A DNA stretch of 64,000 bases, from positions 15,517 to 79,516 of IMG/VR virus record IMGVR_UViG_3300037189_005453. One strand, given 5' to 3'. This DNA comes from a virus. Shown piece after piece: positions 54,007 through 63,174 of the stretch; within the stretch, counting starts at the first letter, position 1, and every line of letters starts with the position of its first letter. Under the pieces are notes generated by a model. It was not told the origin of the DNA, searched no databases, and saw only the letters and a list, made by a program, of their open reading frames with translations. The position numbers were made by a program, and so were the translations under genes.

Positions 54007-55188
54007 TTACTTCTTAGTAGAAGCGTTTGCAATCGCGATTGTGCTGAATGGAACTGCAAGGTTACCGATTACGGCACTGGCAACGATCAGCCATACAGGA
54101 GCCTGGGCACCTGCAGCCATAACACCTACGGCAATATTGCTAACTACGAGAGAAGCAAGGCCGTATGCAGCGTAAGCAATCTTGCGGTTCTTTGGGCTGG
54201 GGATGAGAATACCGAGAGCGTCGTTCTCTGCGGCGACCTCTTCTGCGGGAGCGGGGGTAATGTCAGACACGGTGGTCTCCTTAATTGGGGTTGTGGGGAT
54301 TGAGTTGTCAAGCCCGCCAACGGCGTCAGCGGGAGGGATGATGGGGGCATCCTGTACAGGAGCCTCAGAAACTACAGGAGCCACTGCTTCTGCGGCCTCT
54401 ACGTGAGCCTGTGTGGGGTTAACCACAGCGGCAGGAACTACGGATTTCTTAATAGCGGCAGCAAACCCAGCCCATGACTTGGGTCCGAGAATGCCGTCGA
54501 TAGCGCCAGTATAGCCGCCGTTCTTGGCATACGTCTGAAGTCCCTTATTGGTAATAGGGCCAGGAACTCCGTCGATAGTTCCTGCGTACAGGTTGTGCTG
54601 CTTAAGGAATGTCTGAGTGGCTTTCCAAGATGCAGGACCAAAGTTGCCATCAATAGCACCTGTGTAAAGACCGTGGTCCTTTAGTCCTTGCTGTACAGTC
54701 TTTTCGTCTGCGCTAGAAGGGGCGGGATCGGGGGTTGATCCTCCAACGTAGTGGGCGTGCCAAGATTCCGAGCCAATGTCAAAAACAAATCCGTGCTTGG
54801 CAAAGATGTTCTTTACAGTCGGGTTGTCTCGACCAGGGCTAACATCGGCTGCCTTTCCCCATCCGTGGATCGATCCACCAGGGTAAGCAGCGGTAGGAGT
54901 TTCCCCACGATTCATTCGACCATACTGGAACCACTGGTTTGATCCACCTGTTGAGGTTTTGGTTACGGGGTCACCGTTACCATTTGACTTGATGTGCTGG
55001 TCAGCAGGAATACCTAGGGGACGGTATCCTTCGTTGATGTGGATGTTAATCCCATGAGTGGCACACTCTTTAATGGCGGCCAGAAGCGCGCGTCCTACAT
55101 CTGGCTTAAAGTAGTGGGTTGCTTGTACAGGGTACAACGCAGTATTTGGAATCTGGCCGTTTTTAAAACCGCCCCAGTTGTCTGACAT
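54007..55188 (-). CDS. endolysin (M15-type Zn peptidase + peptidoglycan-binding repeats) with C-terminal holin-like transmembrane domain
   Basis: EGYR, SIHGWGKAAD, ESWH; three G.IDG..GP repeats; two C-terminal hydrophobic helices. Confidence 0.88.
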   Translation of the reverse strand: MSDNWGGFKNGQIPNTALYPVQATHYFKPDVGRALLAAIKECATHGINIHINEGYRPLGIPADQHIKSNGNGDPVTKTSTGGSNQWFQYGRMNRGETPTAAYPGGSIHGWGKAADVSPGRDNPTVKNIFAKHGFVFDIGSESWHAHYVGGSTPDPAPSSADEKTVQQGLKDHGLYTGAIDGNFGPASWKATQTFLKQHNLYAGTIDGVPGPITNKGLQTYAKNGGYTGAIDGILGPKSWAGFAAAIKKSVVPAAVVNPTQAHVEAAEAVAPVVSEAPVQDAPIIPPADAVGGLDNSIPTTPIKETTVSDITPAPAEEVAAENDALGILIPSPKNRKIAYAAYGLASLVVSNIAVGVMAAGAQAPVWLIVASAVIGNLAVPFSTIAIANASTKK

Positions 55189-55242
55189 GGCTATTCTTTC
55201 TTAGAGGATACTCTATAAGTATACCTGGGACCCTAGAAAGTA

Positions 55243-56412
55243 TTAGGCATAAAGATCTATAAAAACAACACCACTAGCGCCAGCACCACCAGCAGTCGAT
55301 GTAGTAGCTGAAAGTCCGCCAGTTCCACCGCCACCATAAGCTAATCCAGCTGCTTGCGCTGTACCAGGTTGCTGGATAGAGCCCCCTAGCTGGCTGGCTC
55401 CTCCATAGCCTCCAACGACAGAAACACCAGCTGTCACGCGACCATTACCACCAGAACCTCCGACTAGAGTAATGTCCCCAGTCCCAGCAGCTCCTCCTGC
55501 ACCAGCTATAGCAAATGATGTTCCAGTCCCAGCAGCAGCCATACCTGCACCACCAGACCCGCCATTTGCTACAACTGTAGTTGAGTTAAAGGAAGAGGGG
55601 TTTCCAACTACACCAGCGTTGTTTCCAGCGGTTCCACCAGTGCCGCCAGTACCTACCGTTACTGTGATTGATCCAGAAGCAATATTAGATGCAAGGATAA
55701 AAGATTCAGAGTAGCCTCCTCCTCCCCCACCCGCACCATTAGACGCACCAGAAGCGCCTCCAGTGGATCCGCCGCCGCCGCCCCCACCTCCGACCATTCG
55801 GATGCGAACAGCCCTCAGCCACGGAGTTGTGTTAGTCCCATCAAAGGCTTTTGATTTATCAAACGTTCCAGAAGAAGGGTAAATGCGGGTCTGTACATAC
55901 CGATACCCTTGGCTGATATCTCCTGCGCTCACCCATTGGGTAGCGTAATCAGTTCCAGAAGACTTTGTAAGAATTGCGTTTGTAGCACCCCCCGTAGGAA
56001 CACCCTGCCCAGAAACAAGCGCCGTTCCAGAAATCTTAGAGGGAGCAATCGCAGCAGACGCACTAATGTCTGAATCTACAATTGTTCCAGTAAGAATCAT
56101 TGCAGATGTAACTGTCCCCGTATCTGCTTGAGTTACAGCTATTCCAGTGATTTTAGATGCGCTTAAAGTGGACGCGATCATGGAGTCAGTAATAGAGTTT
56201 GCCGAGGGTGTACGCGTATCTGAAAGGCGAGAGTCGTTAGAGAGAACGTTTGAGTAAAAAAGAATGGAGTTCCACTGGTTAGTTCCATTTCCAACTTTAA
56301 ACTTACCCGTGTCGGTCTCTAGCCCGATCTCACCAAGAGCGAGCTTTGGGTTTATTGCAGACCAATTAGCGGCCGTATCTCTACGGACCTGGATAGTTGT
56401 TTTAGCAGGCAT
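55243..56412 (-). CDS. fibre protein: Mtd-N-like domain + glycine-rich C-terminal domain
   Basis: IQVRRDTAANW...NP.LALGEIGLETDT; GGGGGGG...GGAGASGVV. Confidence 0.8.
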   Translation of the reverse strand: MPAKTTIQVRRDTAANWSAINPKLALGEIGLETDTGKFKVGNGTNQWNSILFYSNVLSNDSRLSDTRTPSANSITDSMIASTLSASKITGIAVTQADTGTVTSAMILTGTIVDSDISASAAIAPSKISGTALVSGQGVPTGGATNAILTKSSGTDYATQWVSAGDISQGYRYVQTRIYPSSGTFDKSKAFDGTNTTPWLRAVRIRMVGGGGGGGGSTGGASGASNGAGGGGGGYSESFILASNIASGSITVTVGTGGTGGTAGNNAGVVGNPSSFNSTTVVANGGSGGAGMAAAGTGTSFAIAGAGGAAGTGDITLVGGSGGNGRVTAGVSVVGGYGGASQLGGSIQQPGTAQAAGLAYGGGGTGGLSATTSTAGGAGASGVVFIDLYA

Positions 56413-56744
56413 TATCGAGATTGCCCCAAAAGTATGTTAATCTCGTCTTCTGTTAGGCCCAGTTTAATCAGCTTGTCAATCGCTGACTGTCGCAATGCGG
56501 CTCGGTCTATAATTTGCTGCTGCACTGCTGCGTGGCTTGTAATAAACGCTTCGCCCCATGCAATAGCCTCGGCCTCAGTTGCCCATGCTTGATCGTTTGA
56601 AGGATCCCAGGGTTGTACTGAGATGATTTTGTCACCGTCTACAACGGCGGGGAAGGGCCCCACTACTCCTCGAGAAAACTCGACAATTTGTTCTGCTGTG
56701 TACTGGTAAAAATCTCCAGATCCACTATAAAGTTCTACGTTCAT
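56412..56744 (-). CDS. fibre-associated protein
   Basis: QPWDP..W...EA..W and SAIDKL..LGLTEDEI. Confidence 0.55.
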   Translation of the reverse strand: MNVELYSGSGDFYQYTAEQIVEFSRGVVGPFPAVVDGDKIISVQPWDPSNDQAWATEAEAIAWGEAFITSHAAVQQQIIDRAALRQSAIDKLIKLGLTEDEINILLGQSR

Positions 56745-56746
56745 TA

Positions 56747-57901
56747 TTAGTTCCTAGCTACTTTGTATCTGGTATCCCAGACTTTTTTATAGTTACCTAA
56801 AAATGGCCCTGACATTTGAATGACGCCATTAGTTATATTTTGCAAAATTTTATAAATTTGATTATAAGTAGGTATAGACGAATTAAGGTTATTTGAAGAA
56901 ATTAAGTTTCCAGAAGAATCTATACCAGCAAATCCATACATACTAACTCCATTAACTGATGAAAATCTTCCTGCAATATAAAAATTACCGTTATATGTAG
57001 CGTCATATATAAAGTCGTTTACTGTTGGATACCAAGATACCAACGCACCAGTTGACGTTGATACTGCAGCTATACTGTTTCTTGTTACCCCATTTATTTT
57101 ATTAAATATTCCAAACATATATAATGTTGATCCTAAAATTTGAAAAGTGTACGGAGCAGAAGTATAAGTTGTTGGTGTTCCAGCAATAATTGTTGGATTA
57201 AATGTATAGTCTGGAGTTCCAGTAGTGGCCCCAAACTTTATCATTCCACTGTTTAGTGCGCCTCCGTCAGGGCCATTTGTTCCGCCACCTGCTGTGGTTG
57301 CATATATGCTTTCTCCAGACAATGCCATATACCAAAAACCATAATTATAACCATCTCCAGTACCGTCATATACTGATGCATTATATTTAAACAAACCTGT
57401 TGTTCCATCTAATGCCATGTGGTTAGATGAAGAATCATTAATATGAAGAATATTATTGGTTGAATCATAAAACATGTAAAAAACATTTGTATAACCAGAA
57501 GAATATAGTGGATCTGGTACATAGCTTAAAAGTGATCCAGTTGTTTTATCTACTGCAGCAAAACAGTTTCTTGAAACCCCATTTACTGTTGTAAAAGTAC
57601 CCCCCAAATAAAGGGTGTTTCCTCTTAAAAGCATGTAACTTACATCACCATTAATTACTGCGTTAAAATTAGAGACTCTACCACTTGGATCAAAAGCACC
57701 TAGCTTATACCTAGAAACACTGCCATCAGAACTAAACGCTGAATAGGCACTCTTTAGTGCTGTAAATGCTCCAGCAACGTACATGACTCCTGTTGACTCA
57801 TCATAAAGCCAGCTAAATATTTGACCATTCATTCCACCAGCGATGGTGTTATATACAGAGTCTTTACCTGATGTAGAGTTGATTACTGGGTCAATAGCCA
57901 T
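56747..57901 (-). CDS. beta-propeller-like putative receptor-binding protein (AT-rich gene)
   Basis: Repeated Y.(A/G)G.FT..NG..R...AAVD..TG blades. Confidence 0.65.
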   Translation of the reverse strand: MAIDPVINSTSGKDSVYNTIAGGMNGQIFSWLYDESTGVMYVAGAFTALKSAYSAFSSDGSVSRYKLGAFDPSGRVSNFNAVINGDVSYMLLRGNTLYLGGTFTTVNGVSRNCFAAVDKTTGSLLSYVPDPLYSSGYTNVFYMFYDSTNNILHINDSSSNHMALDGTTGLFKYNASVYDGTGDGYNYGFWYMALSGESIYATTAGGGTNGPDGGALNSGMIKFGATTGTPDYTFNPTIIAGTPTTYTSAPYTFQILGSTLYMFGIFNKINGVTRNSIAAVSTSTGALVSWYPTVNDFIYDATYNGNFYIAGRFSSVNGVSMYGFAGIDSSGNLISSNNLNSSIPTYNQIYKILQNITNGVIQMSGPFLGNYKKVWDTRYKVARN

Positions 57902-58296
57902 TACGCTACCGCCGTATCTCCCGAAACAAACCACTCATCTGTACCGATTTTAATTGCAGTAATAGCAGAGTACTGAGAACGTGTTTTAACGGTAGTTGAA
58001 TAACGAAGAGTAACACCAGACCCAGCAACAATGGTTACCTGGCCTGTATTGTATTGGAGAAGAGTTACTGTATCACCAACAACGCCATAGCTTGGTGGAA
58101 TTGTTACAGCTGCAGATGTTGCATTTGACAAAAGAATTAATGCCCTAATGTCTGAGTTTGCAAGGGTAACTGTTGAAGCAGAATATGTAGTAACTGCACT
58201 ATATGAATAACCATTTGTTCCATTAGTACCTGAAGCACCAACAACAACAACATCCCAAGTTGATGTTCCAGAGTTATATTGTCTTAATACTGTCAT
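57901..58296 (-). CDS. fibre-associated protein
   Basis: Q..TGQVTIVAGSGVTL...QYS....K..TDEW..SGD. Confidence 0.65.
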   Translation of the reverse strand: MTVLRQYNSGTSTWDVVVVGASGTNGTNGYSYSAVTTYSASTVTLANSDIRALILLSNATSAAVTIPPSYGVVGDTVTLLQYNTGQVTIVAGSGVTLRYSTTVKTRSQYSAITAIKIGTDEWFVSGDTAVA

Positions 58297-59375
58297 TATG
58301 ACCACGCTCCAGTAGATACCGCATTTGTCGATGCTAGTGGTGTGATTATTAGGTAATTATCAGCGTTAAACGTAACTGTACCGCTTGTTAGTGTTGCACC
58401 GAATTGATACGAAGGGATAAGGGTTCCAGCTGTAGTCACACGAATTAGACCACTACCTCTTGCAATATATGTACGCCCAGCAACTGAAGATGAACCAGAA
58501 ATAATTGTTGCATTTCCTAAAGTTGTACCTTGATAAAGAAATTGATAGGGTTGACTTGCATTTGCTGTAATTGCTGTACCATCATAACTTGAGGTTCCAA
58601 CAGCATTTCCAGAACCACGAAGATTTAGATATAGTGTTGAGGCAACAGTTGATGTAGCCACACTGACAATTATAGAGATTTGATATTGATACAACCCTAC
58701 AGGAAGAGTAATTGTGTCATTTGCAGTAGGGAATAATGCATAGCTAGTGTTTGCTGTGATGCCCGAAGTACCAGCACCTGATGTAAATACTGGAGTTGCA
58801 ATCGCAGCACGACCAAGACTTGTGTTTGGAGTAAGTGTGGCTATAGTGCCGTCGTACTCAACAGACCCAGCAGCTGCAGCTGACAAGTTTGTTCCAGACG
58901 TTAGTTTCAAAGGAGCAACTGATGAGCTTCCTGCACCTAAAGTAAGAGTGCTAGCCGACCCCAGTGTTGCTCCACCAGTAAGTGTGCTAAGGCCCGTAAC
59001 ACCAAGTGTAGTTCCAACAGTAGCAGCACCAGTAATAGTTGTAGCATTAGCAGTCAAGGTGGTTACTGTGGGGGATGCAATGTTTACCCATTTTGTTCCG
59101 TTATAGGAAAGCAGGTTGTTTGATGCGGCACCCGTAATAGTGACATCACCCAAGTTACTGAGGTTAGGGTACACACCGACGGTAGATGTATCTGCCCACA
59201 AAACACTAGTGCTTGAAGGCGCAGTGGACTGGATAGCAATACCACCCGAAGCTGCCGCCCAAGTTGGGGGTTGCCCTGATCCCTGGGATGTCAATACGTA
59301 GTTAAGGGTTCCTGCAGAGCCGTTAACTTGAAGCTCTGATGTTACGTTTATTCCAGAAAGTATTTGCTTAGTCAC
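58296..59375 (-). CDS. fibre-like virion protein
   Basis: VLTSQG...PTW, LSNLGDV repeats; Thr/Ser/Gly-rich. Confidence 0.65.
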   Translation of the reverse strand: MTKQILSGINVTSELQVNGSAGTLNYVLTSQGSGQPPTWAAASGGIAIQSTAPSSTSVLWADTSTVGVYPNLSNLGDVTITGAASNNLLSYNGTKWVNIASPTVTTLTANATTITGAATVGTTLGVTGLSTLTGGATLGSASTLTLGAGSSSVAPLKLTSGTNLSAAAAGSVEYDGTIATLTPNTSLGRAAIATPVFTSGAGTSGITANTSYALFPTANDTITLPVGLYQYQISIIVSVATSTVASTLYLNLRGSGNAVGTSSYDGTAITANASQPYQFLYQGTTLGNATIISGSSSVAGRTYIARGSGLIRVTTAGTLIPSYQFGATLTSGTVTFNADNYLIITPLASTNAVSTGAWS

Positions 59376-59384
59376 GAGCTAATC

Positions 59385-60860
59385 CTAGCCGATGATTACG
59401 TAGTTGTATGTCCCAGCAACAGAAGAGGTTACCTTTACGTTATTTGAATCAAAGTTCAGAACGTCCATTTCAACATTATTCCAAGAAGAGTCAAACATTT
59501 GAGTAACAACGGCCTGAGTACCCAGATTGTGATTAATTGTGTACTGTGTTCCAGCAACGAGTGTTATTGAGCCAGTAAGCTTAGTGGTTGCACCGAGGTT
59601 TGCCCGAGCAGTTGCAGCACTCGTTGCTCCTGTGCCTCCGTTAGCTACGGCAATTGCTGTTCCATTCCAAATACCCGAAGTAATTGTTCCTACTGATGCC
59701 AATGAAGACAAGGTAGTTACAGTGGTGTTTACTAGGGTTCCACTTGTGGGAAGAGTTACGTTAGTAGCACCAGTAACCGTGAGGGTTGTTGAGTATGCCC
59801 CAGAAGTAGTGAGGTTTCCTCCAAGAGTGATCGTATTAGAGCCGTTATTTACACCCGTACCACCATAGGTTGCTCCTACCAGGCCGCTTGTAATCAAAGC
59901 ACCAGAAAGGTTGTTTACGGAAACTGCTCCAGTAACAACATTGAACTGTGAGTTTGAGAAAGAAGCGATACCAGCGGTACTTGTCGTGGCATACGGAACC
60001 GTTCCAGCAGAACCAAACTGGTTGTAAACGATGTTGTCGGTACCAATCTTGATACCTCCACCAATAGCTGTTCCTAGTGTGGCCTGTACGTAAGACTTTC
60101 CAGTGTTTTGAGTTCCATTAACTACGTAGACAAAGTCACCCGCACTAAGTTGGCGAAGTACGTGGTTGTCTGCATCTGTAGCTCTAGTAAGAGTAATGGT
60201 TGCAGCTACCGAAGTAACTACATAAATGCCGTTTTGAGTCTGAGTTGTCTGGTCTTTAATAAGGATTCGGGTACCGTTAGTTACATCTGTAGAGGTAAGC
60301 GTAACGCCGTCAATAGCTGCAGCAGTAAATGCGAGCGTTGCCCCTACACCAGTACCGCCATCAGCACCTGTTGATCCAGCCGTGTACACCAGACCAGTAG
60401 TAATTGCAACTGCAGTTGCCAGGGAAACAGCGTCGTGGATATTAAGGCCCTGGGCAGTGGTGTCTACGTAGTTTTTAGTTGCTGCGTCTTGAGCACCAGT
60501 CGGGTCTAGAAGACCAGTGATCTTGTAGTTTCCCATTGCAATGGCACCTGACATTGTGCCACCAGCTTTGGGTAATGCAGCACTAGCAAGGTCATATGCA
60601 GACTTTACGGCAGTAGATGAAGCACCCGTAGTAGAGCTGGTAAGGCTGGTGCTGTCGGAAAGAGGGTTACCAACCTGCACCCAAGTAGTACCGTTGAAAA
60701 TATAAAGGGTACCGTTGTACGAGGACAACTGGCCAGTTACGGCCGTTCCAGTTCCAGTGGGGTTAGTGGTACCCGAAGGGGCACTTCCCCACGCCTGAAT
60801 CTTGGCGTTAAGAAGTACGTTGTTATTAAGGTTGAGGTCTGTTAAAAACGACTTAGCCAT
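59385..60860 (-). CDS. fibre-like virion protein
   Basis: DPTGAQDAATKNYVD, RILIKDQ...QNGIY...LTRATD, GGTG repeats, HNLG. Confidence 0.75.
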   Translation of the reverse strand: MAKSFLTDLNLNNNVLLNAKIQAWGSAPSGTTNPTGTGTAVTGQLSSYNGTLYIFNGTTWVQVGNPLSDSTSLTSSTTGASSTAVKSAYDLASAALPKAGGTMSGAIAMGNYKITGLLDPTGAQDAATKNYVDTTAQGLNIHDAVSLATAVAITTGLVYTAGSTGADGGTGVGATLAFTAAAIDGVTLTSTDVTNGTRILIKDQTTQTQNGIYVVTSVAATITLTRATDADNHVLRQLSAGDFVYVVNGTQNTGKSYVQATLGTAIGGGIKIGTDNIVYNQFGSAGTVPYATTSTAGIASFSNSQFNVVTGAVSVNNLSGALITSGLVGATYGGTGVNNGSNTITLGGNLTTSGAYSTTLTVTGATNVTLPTSGTLVNTTVTTLSSLASVGTITSGIWNGTAIAVANGGTGATSAATARANLGATTKLTGSITLVAGTQYTINHNLGTQAVVTQMFDSSWNNVEMDVLNFDSNNVKVTSSVAGTYNYVIIG

Positions 60861-60869
60861 TGTGGTTCC

Positions 60870-61487
60870 TTAAGATAGGTAAGCGGTTCCATACACCGCG
60901 CTTGAAAAATCGATGGTAACCGCGTTAATACTATTGTAGGTCACCGTGCCAAAGTATTCCGTTCCAACAGAGTCCTGTACCCTTACATTGGGATAAAACC
61001 CAAGATTGTGGGCAATGTACCAGGAGTTGCGTGCATCCGCTGGAGTATACGTAAAGGCGGTTACAGCGGAAGGACCAACTGGGCCCGTGTCTCCCTTATC
61101 GCCTTTAATAAGAGGTATTCCAGCTCGAGTCCATGCCCCATTAGTGTCGGGGAAGTATACCCAGAGGTTTAAGGGATTTGTCGGATCCTTTGCGTAACCC
61201 CAGTCCGATGTTTTTACAGGTGAAGGGTATGCTGCCAAAAGGAGCGCAGGACTATCGTACACACCGATAAAGTGCGCTGGATCCCCAGAAAATCCTCGAG
61301 GTCCTCGTTGACCAGGGACCCCAGGAAGAAGGCTGATGTCCACTTCGGGTTGAATTTGATCATTAGGGACCTGAAAGTCGGGACTGCTATAGGGGGCGGC
61401 AGGTACTGTAAGAATGGGTTCTGCACCATTTTGAAGCAGACTAATGTCTGCCTCTGGATAGATTGGGTATGAAGGATCAAGTGCCAT
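60870..61487 (-). CDS. virion protein with short collagen-like segments
   Basis: GVPGQRGPRG, GDKGDTGPVGP; W.IAHNLG.YP. Confidence 0.7.
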   Translation of the reverse strand: MALDPSYPIYPEADISLLQNGAEPILTVPAAPYSSPDFQVPNDQIQPEVDISLLPGVPGQRGPRGFSGDPAHFIGVYDSPALLLAAYPSPVKTSDWGYAKDPTNPLNLWVYFPDTNGAWTRAGIPLIKGDKGDTGPVGPSAVTAFTYTPADARNSWYIAHNLGFYPNVRVQDSVGTEYFGTVTYNSINAVTIDFSSAVYGTAYLS

Positions 61488-62596
61488 TAAAGCACGACCT
61501 CACTTGCACGAACCGTAAAGAAGTTGCCGCCCTTGACCTCATTAGGAATTACCAGTCCGCTATTCGGGTCTGTGTTATTCGGGTCGACCAACTGGATAGA
61601 CCACCAGGTGCGGTTAGCCAGCATCAAAGTCTGGTTAGCATCGAGCGAAAGAGTAGCCACGTAGTTGTTGGTGGTAGTTACTCCGTTTACAGTAATCGAG
61701 TTGGGTCCGTCAACCGAAAGAGTAAAGTCCATGATGTGGAGTGCAGACGCACGCTGATTTAGTACTCGAGCAATAAAGGAGACGCTGTTGTCGTAATCCC
61801 CTTGGAAAGGGATGGTAGCAGTAAACTCTCGACCCTGGTAAGAAGTAAGCTCCACATCCTGAGTAGGCCACTCTGCGGGTTGGTCTCCGTAAGTGGGTTC
61901 TGGGATGTGTACGCGCTGTGGGTAGGAGCGGTCATCAACTTCTTGGGGCTTGTAGATGGGCACATAACGTCCAGTGGCCAGAGATACTCGGCGCAAACTG
62001 AGCACATCGATCTTGTACATACCAATACCGAGGTAGGTACACAGCTCCCTGTACTGCTCACGGCGGGTCTGCACCATTTCCATGAGTTGGCGGTAACGCT
62101 CCGTACGCGGGATAGTAACTCCGTCTGGAGCCTGGATGTCAATGTCAAAAGCTGAGTCCGTAGCGAGGGTATAGAGCGCCAGTGTGACGGCGTAAATAGC
62201 TACGGGGTATTCTTCAATTACGGGAAGATTGGCAATAGTAATTTTGCGACCAACAGAGTCTGTGGTCCGACCAGTGTGCTGCACGATTGCATCATTGACA
62301 AGAGTCTGCATTTCAGTCTGTGTAAAGTAACGGTAGTAGTTACCACTGACAGTGAACTCATCGCCATCGGCGGGAAGAGTGTCTGTAACCATGACACCCG
62401 TAGACTCTTCAATAGAGCAGTGGTTGGATATGTCAATGCCGTTTTTAAATACGGTCACACCATTGCCGTCTAAAGGAGAGTAGTGCAGTTTAAACCTGTT
62501 GGTTGTTCCATCAGCTACGAACTGCGTGACAAAGGACTTACCGAGGTCACCGAGTTCTACTCGGACTCTGTTTACAAGGCTTGCGAGGGTGGCCAT
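61487..62596 (-). CDS. head-to-tail adaptor-like protein
   Basis: LVNRVRVELGD, YFT..E; GGAGG RBS before ATG 62596; follows capsid genes. Confidence 0.65.
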   Translation of the reverse strand: MATLASLVNRVRVELGDLGKSFVTQFVADGTTNRFKLHYSPLDGNGVTVFKNGIDISNHCSIEESTGVMVTDTLPADGDEFTVSGNYYRYFTQTEMQTLVNDAIVQHTGRTTDSVGRKITIANLPVIEEYPVAIYAVTLALYTLATDSAFDIDIQAPDGVTIPRTERYRQLMEMVQTRREQYRELCTYLGIGMYKIDVLSLRRVSLATGRYVPIYKPQEVDDRSYPQRVHIPEPTYGDQPAEWPTQDVELTSYQGREFTATIPFQGDYDNSVSFIARVLNQRASALHIMDFTLSVDGPNSITVNGVTTTNNYVATLSLDANQTLMLANRTWWSIQLVDPNNTDPNSGLVIPNEVKGGNFFTVRASEVVL

Positions 62597-62653
62597 AAAT
62601 CCTCCGAAGATTTCCTCTAATAATTGTGACGCATAACACGCGCCATTACATAG

Positions 62654-62701
62654 CAAAAGTCCGCCCCGCTGGTGAGGAGGGCAGATACCAGCAAGGCGGA
62701 C
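62654..62701 (-). terminator. intrinsic terminator after capsid operon
   Basis: 15-bp stem GTCCGCCTTGCTGGT / ACCAGCGGGGCGGAC with two G-U pairs, then TTTTG. Confidence 0.85.
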
Positions 62702-62719
62702 AATGCTTTGGAAAGGAGC

Positions 62720-63103
62720 TTAGCTAGCCTTCCAGACGTAGCCTAGGTCCTCGAGATAAACAGCAAGGTCACGAGGGACCGAGTATTTAACTCCCGCTTT
62801 AAAGGTGTAGTTCTGGGGAGCCCCGTTAACTACGCCATAAGTCATGTCTTCGATGTCGTGGTGGGTACGAATAACCACCTTCTCATCCTTGAGAGATACG
62901 CCGACCTCTTCGATCTCATCGATCAAGATGGGCTTATCGGGGTTCTTGGGGTCAAAGACACCCGTCTCGAGCAGCTCTTCCTCAGCAGCGCGGGAGAGTG
63001 CGATCTCATCCTTGCGGTCTGCGAGTTCCTTTGCTCGGAGTTTTGCAGCGTCTTCAGCTGCACGTCCTGTTGCGTCCATGGGACTAGTTGGTTTATTTGC
63101 CAC
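62720..63103 (-). CDS. hypothetical protein following major capsid
   Basis: AGGAAG RBS, GTG start. Confidence 0.75.
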   Translation of the reverse strand: MANKPTSPMDATGRAAEDAAKLRAKELADRKDEIALSRAAEEELLETGVFDPKNPDKPILIDEIEEVGVSLKDEKVVIRTHHDIEDMTYGVVNGAPQNYTFKAGVKYSVPRDLAVYLEDLGYVWKAS

Positions 63104-63136
63104 GATGTTTTCTTCCTGTTAGTTGATTTGTTTGTG

Positions 63137-63164
63137 TTGGGGGACCCCCGAAGGGGCCCCCCAA
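63137..63164 (-). promoter_or_regulatory. C(UUCG)G hairpin after capsid gene (stabiliser/attenuator)
   Basis: TTGGGGGGCCCC-TTCG-GGGGTCCCCCAA, no U-tract. Confidence 0.75.
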
Positions 63165-63174
63165 ACGGGTTTAC

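Noticed and set aside
53418-56412. Diversity-generating retroelement suggested by two Mtd-N-like domains
   Set aside because: No reverse transcriptase and no TR/VR repeat pair seen in the window; Mtd-N is a common fibre attachment domain.
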